Assembly: GCA_964276515.1 (NCBI GenBank)
Contig: OZ193910.1
Span: 4,960,001-5,024,000 of the forward strand
Length of the DNA: 64,000 nucleotides
Reading direction: 5' to 3'
Source of the DNA: Gordius albopunctatus
Lineage: Eukaryota
This document shows positions 24,449 through 38,202 of this stretch, piece after piece. The notes under the pieces are model-generated. The model worked only from the letters and a program-made list of their open reading frames with translations. It made no database searches and was not told where the DNA came from. How positions within the stretch are numbered: the stretch's first letter is position 1; every line of letters starts with the position of its first letter. Both the position numbers and the translations under genes were made by a program.

Positions 24449-25502
24449 CAAGGGCGTAGCCAGGATTTGCTAGAGGGGGGGGGGTTTAAAATTTTTTAAG
24501 CCATATTTTTTTGGAAGTAATTTTATTTTCGACATATATTATTGAAAGTAAAGTAAAAATACAACAAAAATAAATTATAATATAACAAAATATTTAAAAA
24601 CTATAAACAATTAATATCGACGTTTTTTAGATAAAAATACATTAATAATATCTTCTGTTTTGGGGGTATATTGTCTATGTACATTTAACAAGGTTAATCC
24701 AGTAAGCCTAAATTAAAAATTAGTAAAACCATTTAATTTACCTTTCTTGTCCCATTGTGTTCCTGAGGTAAGTTTTTGGTCTTTTTAAAGCTGAAAAACA
24801 TCTCTCATTAGAGCATGTTATAACGGGGAGTGTGGCTAAAATATGGTATAATGTTTTTATATTTGGATGTAATTTTAATTTTGACGCATGATTGGTTAAT
24901 GTTTCCAATGCATTGGTAGGCAAATTCTCTAATTCACAGTCCTTGAACGACTGATACCACAATTTGATATCCGATTTGAATTGTTCTTGAGAACCGTCAA
25001 GATCTTCATAAAAATTTACCAATTGAAGAAAGTTATTTAATATCTCTGTTGATAGCATGACAGGGGACTTAATTAGAAGGGAATCAGATCCCAACAGTAT
25101 TTGCTTGTTTTTTAAAAACCTTTCATCAGGTTCCACCAAAACCGTATCTAAAAAGGAGTTATACAACGAAACTCTGTAATAAGTTTCTGGAAAAGATGTT
25201 TCAATGTTTGAACGAAGAGTTTGTCGTGAGGCTCTCCTAGGAATAGTAATTTTGAAATCATATATATCTCCTAGTGACAAGACATCATTGTAGATTGTTC
25301 TAAATTCTTCTTGGGAATTTTCCCGCAAATGTTGAATCTGTATAAACGCATTTTCGGCTGCATTTATGGCCTGAGAAAGGTCTATATTAATCCTTTGCAA
25401 ATAATTGCTAAGATTAATAGCGTAAGAGAAAATTTGATTTAGCATGTACAAAGACAGCCAAAAGTTGGATGTCCTTAACGAAGTTAGGCACACTATTATC
25501 AC
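24449..25502 (-). mobile_element. hAT transposon 3' half (ZMYM1/THAP12-like transposase) with one terminus
   Basis: hAT dimerization-domain motif ILATLPVITCSNERCFSALKR..TYLRNTMGQERLTGLTLLNVH; terminal sequence CAAGGGCGTAGCCAGGATTT at 24449. Confidence 0.88.
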
Positions 25503-25581
25503 TCATTTTTATATACCAACCCATAAATTGCATTGAATTAATTTGAGGTTAAACATTTTTTCCATTAAAATATGTATTACA

Positions 25582-27188
25582 CTGTTAAAACTTAATTATA
25601 ATGCGCATCATTATTCATACCCTTTGTAGACATTTGAACATGGAATTTTGAATATATAGACATTATTCATATTTCTGTTTATTCTATCTATAAAAAAATA
25701 CATATAAGGCTGTATATTTCACTATAAATATACTTTCCATCCTTGTTTTAATAAAACAGGACGATAGGTGCAACATTAGTGACCCCGCGTTTCGGGGGAG
25801 CCCTTTTTTTATTCATCTCCTTGAACACTCTCTTTAGTGTCGGCGTCATGGTTATCTTAGTTAAAAATAATGTAATTCAGATTGTTCTTTGGTACTACTT
25901 TCTCAAGCCTTCACCAAAACGACAGTGACAAAGACACGATCAAGATTTAACAAACAACTCCTCCAACCTCTCAAATAATCTCGATCTATAGGAGTCCAAA
26001 CGCGATGAGTGAAAGAAATTCCTTACTTTTCTGGTTGCTAATACGATGACAACCTAGACGCCTTACTACACTCCTACCATAAACCTTTGCAACGTCTGCA
26101 GGCAACTCAAAGTGTCCACTGCTCCTCATAATTGTATTCTCATTAACAATTCAACACCAACACGGGCTCTTGTTATGAGCAAGGACATAAGCGATTTCGG
26201 CAAGACAATATATGACACAAATCAAACGTCATTTGATGGGATGGTTGCTAGAAAAGAACAATAACATCTGCTATTGCCAGCATTTTCACCACCGCTGACC
26301 GGTTTAACTGATGGCCGATGGCGATTCTATTAGATGCGTCTACCCGTTGCATGCATCTTAATAATATACTGGATAACAACAACTCGCTACAAAAAAATCA
26401 TTACACCTCAACCTCTTCCTCTACAGCCACCTCAGCACTAACTCAAGCTCTACAACCACCAAGTCGGATCGCAAAGTTCACTGGCCAACTAAATTAGCTG
26501 AGTACCTCAATTTTAGCACTCCTTGCAAATAAGTACGGGAGCTATATGACCCGTTAAAACTTAATTACTACGCGCATCATTATTCTCACCCCTTGTTACA
26601 TAATTTAAAAACAACATAAAGCATTAAGCGCATTCATAGACCAGATAGACTGCTCATCAAGGCACAAAATATGTACCCTTTTTTCCACCATTTTGACATT
26701 AACATGGTAAAGTAGTGAATATAAAGATATTAGTAATTTTTGTAAATTAAACAATCTTAAAAAGGTAAATTGAATTGTGTAGATATCAAAAACAGCATTC
26801 TAAATTAAATAACATTTGCACAATACATAAAAAATAAAAATGTAAAAACTGTGATGAAAGTTTGTTTAATAATGTAGCGCCAACTATATTTTGTATAGTA
26901 TTAATTTATTGACCGTCTATTTAAATTTATAAACTGATGAGTAAGGTAAATTGACTGAAATGTTGTCTTCAAAATAGAGAAAATTTTGACACACAATTTA
27001 CCATATGGAACATATGGCATGAGCAGTCTATCTAGTATATGGGCTGATCATTATTCACACCCCTTCTTGTTATTCAATTTAAATGCAAGGCAGACATTAG
27101 AATTAGGAAATTTAAATACATAAGGCTGTATATTCCACTATAAGTATACTTTACATCCTTGTTATATTAAAACAGGACGATAACAACA
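25582..27188 (+). mobile_element. Old, internally deleted LTR retrotransposon remnant
   Basis: Direct repeats 25582-25776 and 26552-27188 (the second split by a MITE) share GTTAAAACTTAATTA..GCGCATCATTATTC and TAAGGCTGTATATT...AAAACAGGACGATA; PBS-like TAGTGACCCCG follows the first copy. Confidence 0.55.
26635..27041. mobile_element. Second copy of the ATAGACTGCTCAT MITE
   Basis: TIR CATAGACCAGATAGACTGCTCAT/ATGAGCAGTCTATCTAGTATATG; colinear with 39625-40004. Confidence 0.8.
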
Positions 27189-29953
27189 ATACATGTACAT
27201 TTCATCCATATTTTGTTTCCATATAACCCTTTTTCCGGGCGAATAGCTAGCTGTGTGAATTTGAATTCACACAGTAAGCTACGCTCATACAGATCCGTCA
27301 TATGTATTGCTAGTTCGCTGAATTTGTTAATTTGAAACCTCTAGATTGTTAGTCCAATTATTTTTTCAATTTTAAATAATAGAAATTTCGTTTGCTCTAA
27401 ATGCTACGCTAACAGCATTTTTAAAGAAGGTTGTTACTAGGAGATTTATACAACCACTAATGATTTTGTCAGTTTTATTAGTTACAATAAAAGACTATTA
27501 TATATATGTTGAACAATACGTCCATGTAAAATTACTAACACAATATTTAGCTTAGGGAATAATCTATGAAACTAGTTAGGCCAGGTTCATAAAAAAATTG
27601 TTGTAATGTAATACTGATATTAAATAATAGCTATTGCATGATTCCCAAAATATAAGTTGCAAAAAATATCTTAACTGAATAAACGTTGCCAAAAGTTTTG
27701 TTATTTTATATAAACTTTGTTTAAATAAACGAACACCACTCTTTATCAAGACTTCTGTACTTTATACTAAAGATTTTATGAATTAATCATAATGGCAATA
27801 TAATTAAACAAAATGTTTATATGAAAGTAAAGTAAGCACAATTAGTATTGTGAAATCACATTTATTATTAAAGGTATAAAGGAGGGGTGCAATTTAGTTA
27901 AAAATAAAAGTTTAAGTTTTGAAAACATTCTAAAAAATTTCTACGTCTTTGCCCACTTTAATTATTTTCGGGTGATAAAATTCGTAGTCACCAACATCGA
28001 TTCCAGTTAGTCGATAGCTGAAAATAACAGTGTATGGTTCTGACGCTCTTGCAATTTGTTTCTCTATTTCATGTCCGTAATTGCTTCGATACGTAACTAA
28101 AGTATTATTTGAGGATGATTAAAATTGTAACAATACACCCGTTGCTAAGTTTGGATTAAGTTACTTTGGAAAAATAATTATAGTTTTTATCCACATCAAA
28201 ATCGACATAAAAATTAATAAAAAAATATCTACTAATCAACTCAGAGCAATTATTCACCACATAAACCATTTCCTAGCAACATACTTAAAATACATTTATA
28301 CGTGAAAAGCAGTATTTGTACACTAATGCACCTTCATAATTAATAAAGGTAAAAGTGATAACCATCTTGAAAAAAACACCTCTAAAGAATTCCACTTTTT
28401 CCACTGTATCTAACCTAGTCTAAAAGTTTTACCACTTCAAATAGATCAGTAGGTTCCTATGCAAAAATGTATCAAAGAGACCATAAACCCAAAAGCTAAC
28501 GTCAAAATGCTGACTAAGGGTCGGCTTGGAGTTTTAATGTAATTCTAAATTATTTTTGTTTAGAATCAAATTATGGGTAAAAAACCTATATTTGTATGAC
28601 TTTGAAAAGCTTACCATTCGATTTAGGAATTATAGATAAGAAGAATTTGTTTGGACTTGAAATCTTCCGTATACTGTCGTCCTTAATATTGCCACGCCAC
28701 ATTGTAATCTTTAATAAGTGGGGTTTATTTGTTGAACCGTCTCGATCGGTGAAGTTCTCGACATTAAACTCTTTCTCTGAAAACTGTTGATTAAAATACA
28801 AATAGCCGTGGATTAAACTCTTAATCGCACCTAGAAAATGTATGGCTTTTAATTTTAAAAATATGTCTGAGCTGACAAAACGAGTTAAAAACTTCCAGTA
28901 GACTATATGTTTTTATAGAATCAAAAAAGTTAATCAATATATACAGAAAGACAGACATTTTATAATGGAGAATTTGTATTAAACATTTTCCTTGGTGGAA
29001 TTGTAACTAGGATTAAGTTTAAGCAAATATATGTTATCACGATTTCCTATATTAACATAAAATTTAAAAACAAGATAGTTATATCTTAAGTCGTAATTTT
29101 TCCTATATGCTTTACATATTTAAAGTGTATTATTGGGAACTCAAGAATTTATTAAAATATGTAAAAAAAACGCATATTATAAAAACTATTTACCATTTGT
29201 AATAAAAATGATCTTTTAAAGGCTCTTTTAAGAATATTTTATCAGCATATTCTTCCTAACCTCTTTTTGGAATCCAAAACTTGTTGCATTTTTGTTTTTA
29301 GAGAGAAAGCATTATTGATTAATGTGACTGAAATCTTTTATAAAGTTGTTATTTTTGCGAAAACAAAAAGTCGTGTAGTCTTTTCTATAGATTGGCATTA
29401 TTTTGAATGGCAAAACTTATGAACACCTTTAAATATTATAAATGGTTTACATTAATTTAGCCGCTACATCCAGGTTAACAATTCTACTAACTTCAATTAA
29501 TCCAAAGCATCATACTGCCATGGTATAAGCTACTCAAGGAGAATGTCGAACATTTGGATATTACCCCACTACCGAATTCGAATAAAAGATTCTCCAATAA
29601 TAAAAAAGTTATCACACATATCCTTATGCAACCCCCCGTTGATTTTAATAGATATTGTTACAATAAAATATATCACAAGATTGTTATAACTCAAAATTTC
29701 TCAAATACATTACTACTTCCTCATAATATAAGAAATTGCTAAAATTCAATTAAGATTTTTAATCTATTCAATTACCTCAAGTCTGGTCATCTTGTGTAGA
29801 CTTTCGAGATTTTCCACTTGCACATAAGCTACGGTGTCGTTGCTTTCAAAGGATATCTTCACCCTTTTATAATCAGGTAACACCATCAATTTCACGTTTT
29901 TCATCGGCTTGACATTCGCTAATTGATCCATAGGTTAGAAACCATGTCGAATT

Positions 29954-30925
29954 TGTAGTGATATGAATTATGATAACTTCATTATTGTTAAAGATATTTA
30001 ATTATTATGTACATATGTATTCCTTGTGGAGGATACCACGTCTTTATGTTGTTGTTGTTAAATTATCATGTAAATTAGAAATAAAACAAATTATAATTCA
30101 AAAACCAAATCATCACATTGGCGCGGTCGATAGGATCTAAGAAGATCATGGAATCTATTCCTAGCTACAACCCTTCAGATAAGATAGAATCATATTTCTT
30201 CACATTAGATAATATATTCAAATCTAGGAACATTACGGATCTAAATAAAAAAGCAACCACACTGATTCTGGCATATATGGGCCAAAGCAATATTGAAAAG
30301 ATTAGATCTTATTTATATCCTAAGGATATTACCATCCTCACCTATATGGAATTAATTGATGCAATCAAGAAAGTTTTTCAAATTAAAAGAACAATATTCC
30401 AAAACAGGTTAAATTTTATAAGATGGAATAAACAGGAGGGAGAAGCAATAAAGGACTATGCAAATAGACTTAAGATAATAGCAGAAGAATGTAATTTTGC
30501 TACTAACCTAGACGAACATCTCAGGGACCAAATGTTACACGGGATCAATAAAAAAAACTTTAGAAATTGAAGTAAGAACACGATGGCCGGAGGCTACAGC
30601 AGATTCCAATGGCAATACAATAACATTTGAAGAGATATACAAGATTGCTGAAGCTATGGAGTTGGCCAAGAAAGTAGTCATAACTTATGAAATTGATGCT
30701 ATAAATCCAATTTACAAAAATGAATTAAACAAATTACAGTTCTCAAACAAAAATGAATTAAACAAATTACAGTTCTCAAGCAAAAACAACTCAAATAAAG
30801 TATTTGAGGAACAGCCAACAAAAATAAAATTGATAAAGAATTGCACAAGATGTGGACAGAATCACTGTTTGAATAAATGCCCTGCATTTAATAAAACATG
30901 CCACAATTGTCACAAAAAAAACCAA
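29954..30925 (+). mobile_element. Truncated Ty3/Gypsy element (5' LTR, PBS, gag only)
   Basis: LTR-like TGTAGTGAT...ATCATCACA (29954-30117), PBS-like TGGCGCGGTCGATAGGAT (tRNA-Ser type), gag motifs YANRLKIIAEECNF...LRDQMLHG and knuckle CTRCGQNH...CPAFNKTCHNC; 33-bp tandem duplication near 30716-30779. Confidence 0.88.
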
Positions 30926-31439
30926 ATCATTACAGAATTTATTAAGCATAATTACTATTGTAAAATGCAAAATATTAAATAAATCGTTTTTTCCCAGGCA
31001 CTATAAATTTTAGCAGCGTGTTTAGGCATTTGCTTGAAGTCGAATGGAGAAAAGCCTTGACTTGACAACATAAATTATGTCACGAAAGAACTAAGGCGAT
31101 GGCATATCTTAAAAATGCCTGCTAGCACTTTATAGCATGATTGAAACCTACCTTATCCCTATTTTTCTGTTAGCTTGTAATGGCCTAATGGAATGCGAAT
31201 CTATTTAATTTTAGGTAAATGATTAACCTGTTAAAAGGACAAACTGCTGACCATAGAAGAATTTTGAAATTTTTTTTAACCTAGCCTGTGCAGCAATTGT
31301 TCAATGTTCCTAGGTGAGGGCAAAGACTTATATTTTGGTAACATTTTTCAGATAGAGTCCCTAATGATAAAAATTTACCAATACCATTTTCATTTCATAA
31401 TATTAATTTCAAGGCGTAAAAGAGCCATCTTAAACATAC

Positions 31440-34400
31440 TGTTATGATTGTACTATTTTATGTTTGTAACATCGTATTGTAAAACATATTTCGCTTTTAT
31501 CGACAACCACAGGTGATATAATTTGAATAATAAACTCAGTTCCAAAAACACATTACGGTCGTTTCATTTGGCGACGAGGATCTTATTATTCAAGGATGAA
31601 TGATGCTATTAAAAATGAAACGGATACTGACAACGAAGTCGATATATCAAAACTCTTTCTATAACCATCGGATAATAACAAAGAAGTCTATATATCAAAA
31701 ATCGTTCTACAACAATTCTCCCCGGAGATTCCAGTGGAAGAATATTTTGAAAATGTAAAGTATACATTCTGGGCTAAAGGAATTCATGCCGAGGGGGAAG
31801 AAGTGAAGCGTATTAAAAAAAAATTATTCCTAGCTTACTTTGGAATCGCCAACGTTATTCAGGTTAAAAATTTTATATTTCCAAAAACTATCTCAAACGC
31901 CAGTTTTGATGAAATTTTGGAGACTTTTCAAAGTATTTTTAAGCCCAAATCGAGTATCATTGCATCAAGACTGGAATTCATTCGGATTATAAGAGCTGAA
32001 GGAGAGACTGTTTTGGAATTCACAAAACGTTTGAAAGAAACGGCTCAGCTAGCAAAATTTGAAAAGGATGTTGCCGAACGGCTGCGTGACCAGTTTCTAG
32101 CTGGAATTCATCATCCAAGATTGGAAGTGGAAATTCGAAGTAAATATCCAAGTATGATGGATTATGATGGTAGATGCCTAACGTTTAATCAAATTTTGGA
32201 TATGGCGTTGGCATGGGAAAGAACGGAAAACGAAGTTAACACCGCGAATATTAATAAAATCAAAAATAGTCGTAAGGTGACAAGTGTCAATAGAGAGCAC
32301 CAGGAGGCGAATAGTTCTTCAAGATGTTATCGATGTGGGAGATCGCATGCTCGGAATAAATGTACAGCGACTATGGCAACATGTTTCAATTGTAACAAAG
32401 TTGGTCATTTCTCTAGAGCTTGCAAAAATAAATGGATAAATAAAGTGTCTGGTTATTTAGAACCTGAAGAATTTGGCGAAATAAATTCCATCAATCACAT
32501 AAAAAAATTGATCGAAAAAGAGCGACTATCGACGCCAATTTAAATGATGTGGCATTTCATTTGGAATATGACACCGGTGCCCAGGTATCGGTCATAAATG
32601 AAGTTATATGGAAGCGGATTGGAAAGCCGCAACTGAGACCAACAGATAATTTCACGGTATATGGCCACCAAAAATTAGATGATTTAGGCGAGACAGATAT
32701 CAAAGTGGGACTTGGACATAACACTCACATACTTCCTGTTATTGTTACGAAAGCATCGGATGCTCCTTTATTTGGGTCTCCATGGATATTAAAATTCGGT
32801 TTAGAGATTCCTAGTTGTGTAAAAATATATAATGTTCAACAAGTGGCATCTAATAGCAATAGGAACTCGAGCACGAAAATAGACAATTTCATCAAGAAAT
32901 TCGCATAAATTTTTGACAACAAACCTGGAGTCATAAATTGCACTCCAGTTCGTATTAAAATGCAATCGTCGGCTACAGGAAGATTCTACCGGCTCGTCGG
33001 GTGACGTTTCCCTTAAGAGGTCCCATAGAAAAGGAACTTGATAGACTAGTTGCGGCCGATGTAATCTAATTGGTGGAACCATCGAAAAGCCTGGTTGAAT
33101 GGGCAACACCGACAGTTTGCGTTAAAAAATAATGGTGACATCCGGATTTGTGGGGATTTTAAAGTTACATTAAACCCCTTTCTTCTTAAGGACTATCACA
33201 TTCTGCCAACATTCGATGATATTGTAGCAAAATTATTCGGAGGAAAAAAGTTTACGACAATTGACTTGAAGGATGCATACCTGCAAATGAGGGTTGAAGA
33301 ACCATCACAAAATTTTCTGATAATCAACACACATGTTGGTTATTATCGTTACAAACGGTTGCCCTTCGGACTCGCTACAGCACCAATTTTATTCCAGAGA
33401 TTTATGGATGGTCTGCTTAAGGATTGTAAAAAGAAGGGAGTCTATTTAGACGACGTAATCGTAACGGGGGAGGATGATGAGGAGCACTTAAGAAATTTGA
33501 CAGATGTTCTAGCAAAGATGAATAGGGCCGGATTGAAAGCAAAATTATAGAAGGTAAACCTTTTAGAAGACTCGGTGAATTTCTTGGGATTTCGTATAGA
33601 TCAATATGGCATACATCCGATGCCAGAAAAAATTCGGGCAATCCAAGAGGCGCCAATTCCACAAAATGTACACCAACAAAGGGCATTCTTGGGTTTGGTA
33701 AATTATTATGAGAAGTTTATTCCACACCTTTGTAGCATATGCGCTACATTACATCGATTGACGAGTTTAAAATGTAAATTGACATGGACTTCCACAGAGG
33801 ACGCAGTTTATAAAAAAGTTAAAACATGCTTAACTCAGGAAGACACAGTGATTCCTTATTCAATTGAACTACCTTTAATGCTTGATTGCGATGCTTCTAA
33901 TGATGGATTCGGAGCAGTGATAATTCACAGGTTTTCGAATGGTTTGAAAACCAATTGCTTACACCTCAAGGACTTTGTCTAAGTCAGAGAAAAACTACGC
34001 CTCGATTGATAAAGAAGCAAGAGCATTGCTGTTTGGCTGTGAAAAATTTCACGCTTATATATTTGGAAGGGAATTTATCTTGCGGACTGACCACAAACCA
34101 TTGCAGCGGATATTCGGCGAAAATTATAATATTTACAAAATTTGCAACAATAGATTAATAAGATGGGCTTGGAAGCTGGCGGCGTATGACTTTAAATTGT
34201 AATATAAACCCGGAAAAGACAACTGCTTAGCAGATGCCTTATCAAGATTACCTTTACCCGAAGATATCGAGGACGCAAGGGAGGACGAAAAAATTTTTGC
34301 GTGTTTGAGATCAATTACACTACAGGACTTATATATTTCTGAAAAAACCCTCGATAGAGAAACGCACAAGGACAGCACGCTAAAGAAAGTATTGATTTAT

Positions 34401-35800
34401 ATAGATCAGGATTGTGGAGTAAATTAAACTACATTGACCAAAGATTTGATACCGTATTTTAATAAGAAGAGTGAACTATGCTTCGATAAAGGTATTATAC
34501 AATGGAACGGACGAATGATAATACCTAATATTCTGCGTAAGCCCGTATTAAATATTTTACATAGAGGGCACCCCGGAATAAATGCTATGAAATCTATTAG
34601 TAGATATTACATTTATTGGCCGAGTTTGGACGAGGATATTAAGAAATTTATCAATAGTTGTGGCAGTTGCCAAAGAAATCGCGTGAATATGCCGGAAGTT
34701 CTCTTATATTCTTGGAACGTTACAAACACACCATGGGAAAGATTGCATATAGATCTAGCAGGTCCAATGGACTCCTACTTATGGTTGGTTGGAATTGATT
34801 CTTACTCAAAATGGATTGAAGTGGATCTCCTTAAAAATTCGTATTCAAAAATTGTGATAAAGAAACTAAAAGGTTGGTTTGCTCGATTCGGTATTCCGCG
34901 CCAAATAGTCAGTGATAACGGACCCCAATTTATTTTGTAAGGAGTATAATATAGTACATGTTTTGACAACCCCGTACCATCCCAAAACCAATGGATTTGC
35001 TGAAAGATGCATTAGAACATTAAAAAGCCGTTACTTGGCAACCAGAGAAGACATCAAGGATCCTGAGGATTGTATGCATGAGATTCTATCTACATACAGA
35101 TTGTCCGAACATAGTTCAACAGGTAGGTCGCGGTCAAAGATGCTACTTGGTCGAAGGAACCGGACCACGCTAGATTGGTCTCGACCGAATCCTCGAACTA
35201 ATTTAGAACGTCAGACTGATAAACAAACCAATCACCACGAAGGAATTTTGAGACTGGTAATCCGGTTTGGGTGAAAAATGAATTAACGTTTGGATGGCGA
35301 AAAGGGAAAGTATTAGCTAGGAAAGGCTTGTTGTCGTACGATGTAGAAAGAAAGTAATAATAAATTCTTACGGAAGCATGCGGACCAATTAAGGAGGAGG
35401 GAAGAAGAAGTCAAAGATCAACAGACACTAAGTTCAGCGGCATCGATACCAGTGGAGGAATTTCAAGAAGAGGGGGAGAAAACGCTTGATCAACAAATGT
35501 CGAGATCAGCCTCACTGGTATTTGAACAGTCAGTACAAGAGGAATTAATGCCAGCTGAAATGGATACACCTGAGAACGACAATGTTTTTCTAAGAAGAAA
35601 GGATAGAATCAAGAAACCGCCACGTAGATTGATTGAAGAGATGTGAGGATGTAAATAATTAAGCGGGGAGAGATGTTATGATTGTACTATTTTATGTTTG
35701 TAACATCGTATTGTAAAACATATTTCGTTTTTATCGACAACCACAGGTGATATAATTTGAATAATAAACTCAGTTCTAAAAACACATTACGGTCGTTTCA
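31440..35800 (+). mobile_element. Full-length Ty3/Gypsy LTR retrotransposon (Mag-like), coding region disrupted
   Basis: 127-bp TG...CA LTRs (31440-31566, 35674-35800; 2 mismatches), 5-bp TSD CATAC, PBS TGGCGACGAGGAT (complementary to the 3' end of metazoan tRNA-Ser(GCU)), PPT AAGCGGGGAGAGA; domain order gag-PR-RT-RH-IN. Confidence 0.97.
31596..35646 (+). pseudogene. gag-pol of the Gypsy element, broken by stops and frameshifts
   Basis: Double zinc knuckle CYRCGRSH...CFNCNKVGHFSRAC, protease YDTGAQVS, RT IDLKDAYLQ/YLDD, RNase H LDCDAS/TDHKPL, integrase HHCC and IVSDNGPQF, spread over about 9 ORF fragments. Confidence 0.95.
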
Positions 35801-36644
35801 CATACTACTGTCATTTATACTCAAATTTAATTCGGAACAATGCAATCACCTAGGCTTTCATCAGAAAACAGTCATAAAATAAATAATTATTTGACATTCG
35901 CTGAAAAAATAATATTCAAAATTTCTCATGTATAGCCCTTACCTTAATCGGTCTCCAAAGTTCCTTAATTTTGTTTATTCTTATTTAACTTTATTACTGG
36001 CATTGCAACCTAATTTGTGACAAATTCCATGTCATTTCCAGAATAATTAAGTAAAAGCACATCCTTACTCGCAATCAGTGGATACGAAGGGGATGTGTAA
36101 GCTTCGTGTAACATTGCAATAGTTATTCGAGGACACTTAGTTTCGGGTTTATTTACCCACTCCTTGACTACGAGTGCTATTTTAGTTAGGTCCACCTGTA
36201 GAACTACGTATTTGCCCTGTTTAAAAAGATGTAATGATGATTTTGAAAAGTTTTGAATAAAATCCATGACTATTTATACACTGCTGAACTCTCAAAAAAT
36301 TTTGACAGTAAACATTACTTTATAAACGATTTTGCCGTAAACTATATTAATTTTCATATAATATATTGAAATAATATTGAACATCATGTCCACAATATAA
36401 ATAGAACTAATTAACATATAAAAAACTTAAAAACTTTGTCTAGTAATAAGCAGTATCATAGCGTAGCGATTTGAATTATAAAGGAGGGGGGCGAAAATGA
36501 TTTGGCGAGGGGCAAAAAAAGGCTTCTAACCATATTTTAAGAAAAATATATAAAAAACAGATTTAGGGGACCTGGCTACACCCATGGTAGATTTCTTTAA
36601 CCAGTTATCTATAGCAATTGAGTTTTAGATGGAGCAAAGACTAA

Positions 36645-36984
36645 GGGCTTATCTTAATATCGGATTCAGATTAAAATCGCGCGAATTTATCTTTGTCTAA
36701 ATATCCAATTTAATTTCATGGGTCAAACTCGTTTGTACTTATTAATATTTTGTTTTTTTTAGTTAAAAACGTTTTTTTTTATTTCCACTCTTTAGGTTAA
36801 ATCTAAACTTCGTTGATATCCAAAAAATTAAAAACATACACTTAAGTGTAGAAAAAATTTGCATCTTACAAAATCGCTGTTATGTTATGCGTCTAAAATC
36901 CAAATCGGATATTAAGACACGGCTATGTTAAAACACATATGACGATTTTTGCTGCGCTTTAAAATCCGATATTAAGACAAGCCC
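36645..36984. mobile_element. PIF/Harbinger-type MITE
   Basis: TIR GGGCTT(A/G)TCTTAATATCGGATT / AATCCGATATTAAGACAAGCCC with TAA duplication. Confidence 0.8.
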
Positions 36985-37300
36985 TAACATTGGCATTATT
37001 TGTAGTTCTATGTCCACGGTTTTGAAGCAAAGCTCAGCCCACCCCCGTCTTAATACACGATTCAACTTCAAAGCGCCATATTTTATTTGTCCAGATATGC
37101 GATTTACATGTCGTGGAATCAACAATTTTAGTTTAGTTAATATGTGAATATGCATTAGTAAGCATAATTAAAGGATAAATATTTGTTTTATGAACAAAAA
37201 CACAGCAAAAATTTAAAAATGGCGTGACGCTTGTATTAAGACGCGGCTATGTTTTAACATGGATTCGCCTTTTTAATATAGATTCAAAATCGCGCCCTTA

Positions 37301-37657
37301 GGGCTTGTCTTAATATCGGATTTTGCTGCGCAGAAAAAATTGCTGTACGGGTTATAACATAGCCGTGTCTTAACTTCAAATTCACAGCAGATTTGCATTT
37401 GAGACGCATAACATAACAGCGATTTTGTAAGATGCAAATTTTTCCTAAGCTTAAATGTTGTATGTTTTTAAATTTTTAGGTATCATCAAAGTTTACATTA
37501 AATCTCGAGAGTTGAAATAAACAAGCAAACGTCTTTAACTATCAAAAAACAAAATAATAATAATTACAACCGAGTTTGACCCACGAAATTGAATCGAATA
37601 TTTAGACAAAAATAAATTCGCGCGATTTGAATCTGAATCCGATATTAAGACAAGCCC
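37301..37657. mobile_element. PIF/Harbinger-type MITE (inverted sister copy)
   Basis: Same TIR with TTA duplication, opposite orientation to 36645-36984; a third, truncated copy at ~45558-45833. Confidence 0.8.
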
Positions 37658-37999
37658 TTAGATAGAAATGCGTTAGAGCGAAATCTATGGTGTATTTCTT
37701 AGAGGCAAGGTCTCAAATGGTCAAATTTAAATCGCTTAAAACCCAGTAAGAATTAGCAAACAAATAATGAGAGAATTAATCGCCTAGAAAGTCTGAACGA
37801 GCCTTTAAATTTCGTCGGTTAGACCGTTTTTATCAAAGCATGTTTCTAATCGCTATACCCACAACCCCCCCCTTTACTTTAAACATTTGATACTCTATAA
37901 ACGGACATTAAAAATTGCTTAAAGACTCTCATAGCTATATAAAACCGAGCTCAACGGTCTCGCATAGGATCTAGGTGCATATACTATGCCTGTTCTCAC

Positions 38000-38202
38000 T
38001 AGAGTTGTTATATTGCTAACTTTCTTCAACTTCAGCTACCATCTGCTCGAATTTCTGCTCGGCCCACGAGCATTTTTATATGCTACTGCTCTACCTAGTG
38101 CACCGAACAGCGAGCACATATTGTGCTAACGCGCATATTAAGCCATTCAGTGAGCGTGATCTCGTATGAAGTTTGAAGAAAGTTAGCATTTTAACAACTC
38201 TA
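38000..38202. mobile_element. hAT MITE
   Basis: TIR TAGAGTTGTTA..TGCTAACTTTCTTCAA / TTGAAGAAAGTTAGCA..TAACAACTCTA, exact TSD GTTCTCAC. Confidence 0.9.

Noticed and set aside
30118..31581. Two LTR elements with tRNA-Ser-type primer sites close to a SerRS gene
   Set aside because: tRNA-Ser-type priming sites are common in this Gypsy group, and the gene is the mitochondrial enzyme; no functional link is supportable.
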